Positions 57,823 to 64,000 of a DNA stretch of 64,000 nt are shown here, piece by piece (position 1 is the stretch's first letter; every line of letters begins with the position of its first letter). The notes under the pieces were generated by a model that saw only the letters and a program-made list of their open reading frames with translations, was not told where the DNA came from and ran no database searches. Location of the stretch: the IMG/VR virus record IMGVR_UViG_3300027996_000011, positions 1 through 64,000 of that record. One strand, given 5' to 3'. The stretch comes from a virus. The translations under genes and the position numbers were made by a program.

Positions 57823-59328
57823 ATGTCAACACATAGGTCCTACTTTAGTAAAAATAACACAATAATAGCTAATAGTTATGTAAATACAGCAAAAAATCCT
57901 GTCACACAACTATTTTATGGTAAAAGTCCATTCCCTACATGCGTTTTTACTGGATTATCAGGTGATAGTTGTAATAATCAGAGTGGTTTTACTAGTACAG
58001 TAACAGAAGGTTTTAGTAGATTTATATTTGACCTTGATTTGCGTGATTTGTCGGAAAAAGTAAATAATTGTTGTGTCGAGTTGAGTGATGTAGGAACTAC
58101 TCACACTCTAAAAATGACAAATACATCTAGTTTTGATGATAAGTTATTAAATGATAAAGTTTTGGTTAATGACACTAGAAGGGCTACTTCTTTTGATTTA
58201 ATTTTATTTAAATCGGTTAGTGGTCATAGTTGGGATGAGGGGGTTGGTTATGACTACCTAGTACCTAACGGTATATTTGAACCAGAATTTGATATGACGT
58301 ACTCTACACGACCTAGTCATTGGTTTTCTTGTACAACTCTTTCACATTGGACTTATCCTGGTACATACCTTAACACACTAAGTACTAGTTACGATATCTT
58401 AGATACTCAACATTTTGATAATGGTAATGAGGATATCAACTTCTCTTCTCAGGCTTTAAAAGATGAGATTAATTTTTTATTAACGGCAAGTACTAGTCTT
58501 ACTTCCGGTACAACTTATGGTATAGCTTTTAGTGGGGCGTATGAAAATATAACAGGTATAACAGAATCTTACTCTGTTGGGTTTTTTACAAAGTACACAC
58601 AGACATTTTTTGAACCTTTTTTAGAGACTTTGTGGGATGATGATATTATTGATAATAGAAATAATTTTAATTTATTTAAACTAAATAGGCTTTTTCTTTA
58701 TGTTTCAGACCACAATGGTCAACCAATATGTTTAGATAAACTTCCTAAATGCCAAATATTTGACTGTAATGGTAATCCAGTTGCTAATTTAATTGTTAAG
58801 AAACTAACTTGTGGTGTTTATTATGTGGAACTAACACTCTCATCCCTACCACCGGGTCAATCAACACCAGTTTTATATGAAGATGTGTGGTCAAGTATTG
58901 ATATTGGTGGTGTGACACAACCTAATGTCGAGAATGAGTTTATAATCTATGATAACGCTTTTTCTATAGGACCATCTGCAGCACAACCTAAAGTATATGG
59001 GTATTCTGTTTCTGGTATTAAAGAAGATGAAAAAATAAGTAGTGGTGAAACAAGGAAAGTCTTTATTTCTACAAGAGTACCTTATACAACAGAAAAACAG
59101 GTCTTAGTGGATAATTTACAATACAGGGTTTATGTTACACAAGGAACAACACAAGTAGAGGTAATTCCATGGTCACAAGTAAACATGGGTAACGAACATA
59201 ATTACTTACTTATAGACACTGGGTGGATGATTCCTAACGAATATTACCTAGACATTAAAGCGACTTCTAATCAACAAGTAGATACTTATAGAAAAGCAAT
59301 AAAATTCCAAATAATTAATCAATTATGA
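57823..59328 (+). CDS. Virion structural protein
   Basis: 501 aa with WDEGVGYD, S/T-rich segments and a beta-rich C-terminus; late motif at 57800-57807. Confidence 0.65.
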   Translation: MSTHRSYFSKNNTIIANSYVNTAKNPVTQLFYGKSPFPTCVFTGLSGDSCNNQSGFTSTVTEGFSRFIFDLDLRDLSEKVNNCCVELSDVGTTHTLKMTNTSSFDDKLLNDKVLVNDTRRATSFDLILFKSVSGHSWDEGVGYDYLVPNGIFEPEFDMTYSTRPSHWFSCTTLSHWTYPGTYLNTLSTSYDILDTQHFDNGNEDINFSSQALKDEINFLLTASTSLTSGTTYGIAFSGAYENITGITESYSVGFFTKYTQTFFEPFLETLWDDDIIDNRNNFNLFKLNRLFLYVSDHNGQPICLDKLPKCQIFDCNGNPVANLIVKKLTCGVYYVELTLSSLPPGQSTPVLYEDVWSSIDIGGVTQPNVENEFIIYDNAFSIGPSAAQPKVYGYSVSGIKEDEKISSGETRKVFISTRVPYTTEKQVLVDNLQYRVYVTQGTTQVEVIPWSQVNMGNEHNYLLIDTGWMIPNEYYLDIKATSNQQVDTYRKAIKFQIINQL

Positions 59329-59660
59329 AAAAAATAAAAATTAAAGAAAATGAACTAGTAGAATTAATAGAAAAACTAGTAAAAGAAAATATAGGTTTTG
59401 CTTCTTCAGCTATAGGTAATGGTAATGGGCAAAACTTTGGTTTAATGGGTACCCCAACGGCAAAATACAAAGACCTTTTAGAAAAAGAAGATATTGAGGA
59501 AGATGATATGGACGACAATGAAAATGAAGTTAGTGAAGAAACACTAAATCTTAATGTGGATGACGAAACTCAAGATGGGTTAAATCAAGAAGATTATATG
59601 GAAAGTGTAAAAGAATCACGATTAATCTCTAGAATTAGAAAAAATTTAAATAAAAAATAA
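59325..59660 (+). CDS. Small acidic protein with leader and NIGFASSAIG...KDLLE peptide (paralogue of 11369..11656)
   Basis: 111 aa; overlaps the upstream stop (ATGA). Confidence 0.75.
   Translation: MKKIKIKENELVELIEKLVKENIGFASSAIGNGNGQNFGLMGTPTAKYKDLLEKEDIEEDDMDDNENEVSEETLNLNVDDETQDGLNQEDYMESVKESRLISRIRKNLNKK
59380..59484 (+). repeat. 105-bp dispersed repeat, copy 2
   Basis: 98/105 identical to the reverse complement of 11476-11580. Confidence 0.95.
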
Positions 59661-59672
59661 AAAATAAAAACT

Positions 59673-59735
59673 ATGTGTGATTGTCAAATATGTAAATGTG
59701 GTACAAAGTGTGATTGTAGTTGTTGCGATTGTTAA
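59673..59735 (+). CDS. Mini-metallothionein-like peptide (20 aa, 9 Cys)
   Basis: Not in the track. MCDCQICKCGTKCDCSCCDC* has an A-rich start context (aaaaataaaaact-ATG) and lies just before the operon terminator. Confidence 0.75.
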   Translation: MCDCQICKCGTKCDCSCCDC

Positions 59736-59754
59736 AACACTAAAATATAGATAT

Positions 59755-59786
59755 AAAAAAAACCACCTAATAAGTGGTTTTTTTTT
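59755..59786. terminator. Bidirectional Rho-independent terminator
   Basis: A8-CCAC-CTAATAA-GTGG-T9 between convergent units. Confidence 0.8.
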
Positions 59787-59788
59787 GT

Positions 59789-60097
59789 TTAAATATCTTC
59801 GTCACTTTCGTCAACGTAATCATTGTCATAATCATATTCGTGAGTTACAACAGTTCTACTAGGTGGCTCTGGTTCCTCAACAACCTCACCTTTCGGTGAG
59901 AAATTTTCTGAAGCTGTAAAACCAAGTCCAGCCATTACAATCCATTGTAAAGACTCAAATATATTATCGTCAATTGTGAAATCCCAAAAAAGATTTGCTG
60001 TATAACCAATTAACATAAATAGAAGACATACAAAGGTAACAAATCTTTTACTAGATACTTTACCTTCACTACTTAACATGTTTTTAAAAAAGTTCAT
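59789..60097 (-). CDS. Two-TM membrane protein, holin-like
   Basis: Start reassigned to ATG 60097. MNFFKNMLSSEGKVSSKRF is followed by two hydrophobic segments and an acidic tail; late motif at 60110-60117. Confidence 0.55.
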   Translation of the reverse strand: MNFFKNMLSSEGKVSSKRFVTFVCLLFMLIGYTANLFWDFTIDDNIFESLQWIVMAGLGFTASENFSPKGEVVEEPEPPSRTVVTHEYDYDNDYVDESDEDI

Positions 60098-60126
60098 AAT
60101 TGTTTTTATTATAAATATCAGTACAT

Positions 60127-60157
60127 AAAAAAAAGCCCTCATAAAGAGGGCTTTTTT
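60127..60157 (-). terminator. Terminator after the major capsid gene
   Basis: A8-GCCCTC-ATAAA-GAGGGC-T6. Confidence 0.85.
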
Positions 60158-60179
60158 AAATATATAACTTATTCAGTTA

Positions 60180-61976
60180 CTAGAATCTTTTCAATTCTCT
60201 AATATCAAATGTTCTAACTCCATCAACAGTGATTCTTCCGTAGAATCTATTGTTCACCATTTTCTTAGCGTATCTAGTCATGATACCTTTGATTGGTGTA
60301 AAGTTGAATGGGTTATACATTGTTGGAGTTAACTGTAATGGTACATACGGTGCGTAAACGTACCCAGTATCCAATAAAGATGTTCCTTTATGTCCAATTA
60401 ACACTTGGTTAGCTGGGAAGTAAGGGTCTCTATATACAGTAAATCTTCCTGATAATGTTCCAATTTTCTCAATACCCATGTTATATGAATCTTGTTCTGG
60501 TGACGCATTTGATACGTGGAAGTATTCCAAGTCATCAAAAATTGCAGAAACCTCTGAAGAACATACAATCCAGTTAGCCCCACCTCTTAAAGTAGACTTG
60601 TGAATTTGAGCAGAAATTTGGTTTATAGTTGTAATCAATGTTTGATTCCAATCTTTTTGAGTATATGGAGCTTGACCAGCTGAGAATCTCTTCCAACCGT
60701 TGTAGTCCCATCTTAAGTCCCATGCTGCACCTTTTCTAAGGTCTCTCAAGATTTCTCTATCGATTTCAGCTGCAACTTCTTCAGATAATAAAGCTGTTAA
60801 TTCAGCTTCAGCATCAATATTATGGAATGCAGAAACATCTTGTGCAAGTTCTGGTGACCATTGAGCTCTTAACTTTCTTTCAGTAACAGAAACTGTAACC
60901 GCTTGTAAGTCAAAAGAAACTTCTCCCATTTGGTCTTCGAATTCAAGACTGTTATACTGTCTCCATTTAGCCGTCATAACATAAGCTGTATCACCTGATG
61001 AACCAACATAACCGTCAACTGATGTACAAGATACACAAGCTGGACAAGATAAGTCTAATTCAAGGAATACTGTTCCTGTAGAGTCACAAACATCAGTTCT
61101 ATCAACAATACCAAATCCGTATTTTTGTGTAACTACACGGAATAAGATTGCTGATTCAGCAGCGTAAGTAACACCAGTAGTTACTGAACCACCTGCAGTT
61201 CCGTCAGTATCACAACAGTTAATTATTGTTGAGTTAGATACAACTAATGAAGATAAAAAGTCTTCATTATCCATCTCGTTACCTTTAGCGTCAGTTAATT
61301 TACCAGCTCCAGTAGTACTAAATCCAGTTAAAGAAACAACAATTGTTCTTCTACAAGCAACGTGATAAGTTGCCCAATTTGCAGCGTCAGTAACTAATTG
61401 GTTTCCTGACCATGCGTAAGGATATAATACTTGTTGTGCTACAGTAAAACTTCCTTTTGAGTAGTCATATAAACCATCATTTGCTTCTTGTGGTGCATTT
61501 CCAGCGTAAAAATCATCATATAAAGATGATGATGCTGCTGAGAATGAAGCTCCTGGAGTTTGTTGATACCCATCAGCTACCGTAGTACCTTCATTTTGAG
61601 GTGCTCCGTAAGGTGAGAATTGTACTCCTGTTGCAGCGTAAGCTGCGATTTTAGGTACAAAGTAAAATAACTTACCAATTGGTAAATTCATAGCTTGTAC
61701 AGAAACGATGTCGTTTGCTAATAATTTAGAGAATACTCTCCTAATTATTGGAAAAACGACTGTTTCGAATGAACCTGAATCAGCAGCTGTAGTAGCTTCG
61801 TTGATTAGGTGTGTTGCTTGGTTTTCATATAGCTGAGCTATATTTTCTTTAACGTGTCCTTTAAGACCGTCTAGGAATCCAAGTTTGTTCCATTTGTTTA
61901 AGGTATCTTCTTTAATAACTTTAAGGTGTTTTAACCCAATGTTACCGACCATACCTGATTCTAATAGTGCTCCCAT
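60180..61976 (-). CDS. gp23: Major capsid protein, T4 gp23-like, with Cys/Thr-rich insertion
   Basis: IVSVQAMNLP.G, RKLRAQWSPELAQD...H.IDAEAEL, EIDREI, GYVYAPYVPL, F.P..G.MTRY. Confidence 0.97.
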   Translation of the reverse strand: MGALLESGMVGNIGLKHLKVIKEDTLNKWNKLGFLDGLKGHVKENIAQLYENQATHLINEATTAADSGSFETVVFPIIRRVFSKLLANDIVSVQAMNLPIGKLFYFVPKIAAYAATGVQFSPYGAPQNEGTTVADGYQQTPGASFSAASSSLYDDFYAGNAPQEANDGLYDYSKGSFTVAQQVLYPYAWSGNQLVTDAANWATYHVACRRTIVVSLTGFSTTGAGKLTDAKGNEMDNEDFLSSLVVSNSTIINCCDTDGTAGGSVTTGVTYAAESAILFRVVTQKYGFGIVDRTDVCDSTGTVFLELDLSCPACVSCTSVDGYVGSSGDTAYVMTAKWRQYNSLEFEDQMGEVSFDLQAVTVSVTERKLRAQWSPELAQDVSAFHNIDAEAELTALLSEEVAAEIDREILRDLRKGAAWDLRWDYNGWKRFSAGQAPYTQKDWNQTLITTINQISAQIHKSTLRGGANWIVCSSEVSAIFDDLEYFHVSNASPEQDSYNMGIEKIGTLSGRFTVYRDPYFPANQVLIGHKGTSLLDTGYVYAPYVPLQLTPTMYNPFNFTPIKGIMTRYAKKMVNNRFYGRITVDGVRTFDIRELKRF

Positions 61977-62002
61977 AGTTTTTTTTTTAGTTTAAAAAGC
62001 GT

Positions 62003-63478
62003 TTATTTAATTTTAGACATTAAGTCTTTCATCCTACTAAATTGTGGATTTTCGTAAACTTTTGATTCTAACAGTTTACCTCCACTAGTAGGAGTCTTAG
62101 TAATTTTCTTTTCCACTGACTCAGCAATTGTTTTTGTAGGTTTAACTACTTCCTGAGTTAGTTCTTCTTTGATTACCTTGTACAAATCTTTAGAACCTTT
62201 TAATGAATTAACTCCATCAAAACGTCTTAAAACTTTGATTTTTTCCTGCTTGGTAGTTGAATGTTCTGTAAATAGACGTGTTACGTAAGCTAAATTTGAA
62301 TTAAACACACCTACTTCATTCAGTTTATCTTTAAAAGTTGTTAATGCTTTCTTATAATCAGAATTTTTAACTTTTAAAGTTTCTACCTCTTCTTTAAGAA
62401 GATTGTAGGACTTTCTAATACGACTTTCACCTAGGTTACGATTTGGTGTAATAGCTTTTCTAATACCAGAAGGTTTATGTTTACCACCAGACTCTCTTCC
62501 CAACCCTAAAGTTCTTGAAGCTTCTGTTGTATCATACTTTCTAGTACCTCTTGCCATTCTTGCTCTGGTTTTTAAAGACATTTTATCGTCTTCATGACCA
62601 TGTTCTCCACCTAACATATCAGCCTCTCTATCCAAGTAACCTTGGTTAGAGTGTCCTTTATGGTTTTTGAGTCCATAGTCACCTTCTTCCATTTCGTGTT
62701 CACCTTCTCCCATTTCATCTTCAGGACCTAAATCCATATCAGACTCTTCCCCCATTCTTTGTTTATTAATATCCGAATCTACACCGACTACTTCTGAATC
62801 ACTACCGTCAAAGTCATCTCTGTCTTCGTGGTCTTCTTCTTCATAGTCTTCAGACAATTCAATTTCATAAACAACATCATCCATTTCGTCCATTTCTTTG
62901 TAACCTTCGTCCATGTTATCCATTTCCTCCATGTCCATTTCGTCCATTTTGTCCATTTCTTCCATGTCCATTTCGTCCATGTCCATTTCCTTAATTGATT
63001 TTTTCATTGTTTTTGATTTTTTTTCTTCGTCTAGTTTAATGATGTATTCAGTGTCTGTAGTAGTATCAGTCAACTCAATTTCTTCATCATCTTTTTGGAT
63101 AATGATTCCATCTTCGTCTCCCATTGCTTTAAATACTTTTAACACTTCTTCATCGGATGCTAATGTTAAGTCTAGAGGTGGCAGTTCAGGTAACTCTACG
63201 TCGTCTGTCTCGTCCTCAATATCAAGTTCCATACTATCTAACACATCTAAATCCATTTCAGGTTCATCACCTTCCATTTCATCATCAACATCGATAATAT
63301 CAACTTCTTCTTCTTCTTCTTGCTCCTTAAGGTAATCGTCTTCGTTTAACGATTCTTTTACTAATTCTTGAATTTCTTCCTTCATAGTTGAAGAAAGTAT
63401 TTCTTTTGCATTAGACTTCATAGTTTCTTCCAACTGTTCCGCCTCGAGCAACGCTTTTTCTAAAATTGATTCACTCAC
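62003..63478 (-). CDS. Prohead core/scaffold protein (gp22-like)
   Basis: Highly acidic and coiled-coil, between the protease and major capsid genes, with many L/I-x-E sites. The start is probably GTG 63478 after an A-rich tract. Confidence 0.8.
   Translation of the reverse strand: MSESILEKALLEAEQLEETMKSNAKEILSSTMKEEIQELVKESLNEDDYLKEQEEEEEVDIIDVDDEMEGDEPEMDLDVLDSMELDIEDETDDVELPELPPLDLTLASDEEVLKVFKAMGDEDGIIIQKDDEEIELTDTTTDTEYIIKLDEEKKSKTMKKSIKEMDMDEMDMEEMDKMDEMDMEEMDNMDEGYKEMDEMDDVVYEIELSEDYEEEDHEDRDDFDGSDSEVVGVDSDINKQRMGEESDMDLGPEDEMGEGEHEMEEGDYGLKNHKGHSNQGYLDREADMLGGEHGHEDDKMSLKTRARMARGTRKYDTTEASRTLGLGRESGGKHKPSGIRKAITPNRNLGESRIRKSYNLLKEEVETLKVKNSDYKKALTTFKDKLNEVGVFNSNLAYVTRLFTEHSTTKQEKIKVLRRFDGVNSLKGSKDLYKVIKEELTQEVVKPTKTIAESVEKKITKTPTSGGKLLESKVYENPQFSRMKDLMSKIK
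62878..62990. repeat. Low-complexity Met/Asp/Glu tandem repeats in the scaffold gene
   Basis: MDMDEMDMEEMDKMDEMDMEEMDNMDE; repeated tccatttc/gtccat units. Confidence 0.85.
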
Positions 63479-63596
63479 GTTTTTTTTATTTTTTTTAAAA
63501 AGTTTATTATCAAAAAGCCACAAGCATAAATGCGGTTTTATTATAAATATAATAGTATTGTAAAAAAACCCAATTTAAATGGCTTTAGTGATAGAT

Positions 63597-64000
63597 TTAT
63601 CTATTTAAGAAATTGTCCAACTTAGACATCATAGATAAAGATTTATTTAATTTTTGTTCTGGAGCTTTAGAAGATTCCAAAACTTCACCAGTTTCATCTA
63701 CGCTATCTGGTGATTCTGTCTCTTGGAATAGGTAAGAGCCTGGTGTTGAGGGGGATGATACTAAGTCAAAACAAATTAACTCAAAGTCTTCTTGGACTTG
63801 GTTGTAGTCTCCGTTTTTTGTTAGTGAACCAACACCTCTAGAAGATATACCTAGAGTAACACCCTGCCTTAATAAATTAGCTGCTTGGTCACCAACACAT
63901 GAAATAACCCCTTCTTTAATATATCCTGGTGATGTAAGTAGCTTAAGTTTACCAATTAATCTATTTCCATCCCACCAAGTTTCTGTGATTATATGAGAAG
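63597..64000 (-). CDS. gp21: Prohead protease, T4 gp21-like (C-terminal part; starts beyond the right edge)
   Basis: Not in the track. SHIITETWWDGN..IGK...LGISSRGVGSL...VQEDFELICFDLVSSPSTPGSY. Confidence 0.92.
   Translation of the reverse strand, partial: SHIITETWWDGNRLIGKLKLLTSPGYIKEGVISCVGDQAANLLRQGVTLGISSRGVGSLTKNGDYNQVQEDFELICFDLVSSPSTPGSYLFQETESPDSVDETGEVLESSKAPEQKLNKSLSMMSKLDNFLNR

Noticed and set aside
59677-59862. 61-aa ORF in the track
   Set aside because: It has a GTG start, runs through the terminator and into the convergent gene. The ATG 59673 Cys-rich frame fits better.
1-64000. Stop-codon reassignment as seen in some large phages
   Set aside because: Conserved genes are full length in code 11, and TAG and TGA end genes at the expected places.
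1-64000. tRNA, rRNA or structured ncRNA genes
   Set aside because: Intergenic gaps are short and AT-rich and no cloverleaf was seen by eye. tRNAscan/Infernal were not run.

Overview
This is an AT-rich, densely coding 64-kb segment of a large, T4-superfamily-like myophage read in standard code 11. The host is most likely Bacteroidota, based on TAnnTTTG-type promoters, A-rich SD-less starts, a Gln at +1 after a signal peptide, a lipoprotein and a DUF4494-like gene. The window holds tail, baseplate and neck genes (1-21 kb), an SNF2 helicase and a family-B DNA polymerase. A ~22-kb glycan-synthesis cluster follows at 30-53 kb, with about 11 glycosyltransferase-like genes, 3 methyltransferases, a deacetylase and GDP-perosamine/colitose/fucose enzymes, interspersed with dut and phoH. 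After it come a gp55-like late sigma factor, a gp5-like spike and the head module (major capsid, scaffold, prohead protease). The most notable observations are: (1) a dense [ST][GA]x[ST] motif in Cys-rich insertions of virion proteins, a candidate sequon for a phage-encoded virion glycosylation system; (2) an unannotated 20-aa, 9-Cys metallothionein-like gene and a CDGSH [2Fe-2S] gene; (3) shared helical motifs that may load many small proteins into the capsid, including a ~35-codon peptide duplicated 48 kb apart with mostly synonymous differences; (4) a candidate +1 (UUU_CGU) frameshift between the tail chaperone ORFs; (5) a late-promoter motif TATTTATW. All family calls come from motif recognition by eye, and counts are hand counts. 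No database searches were run.
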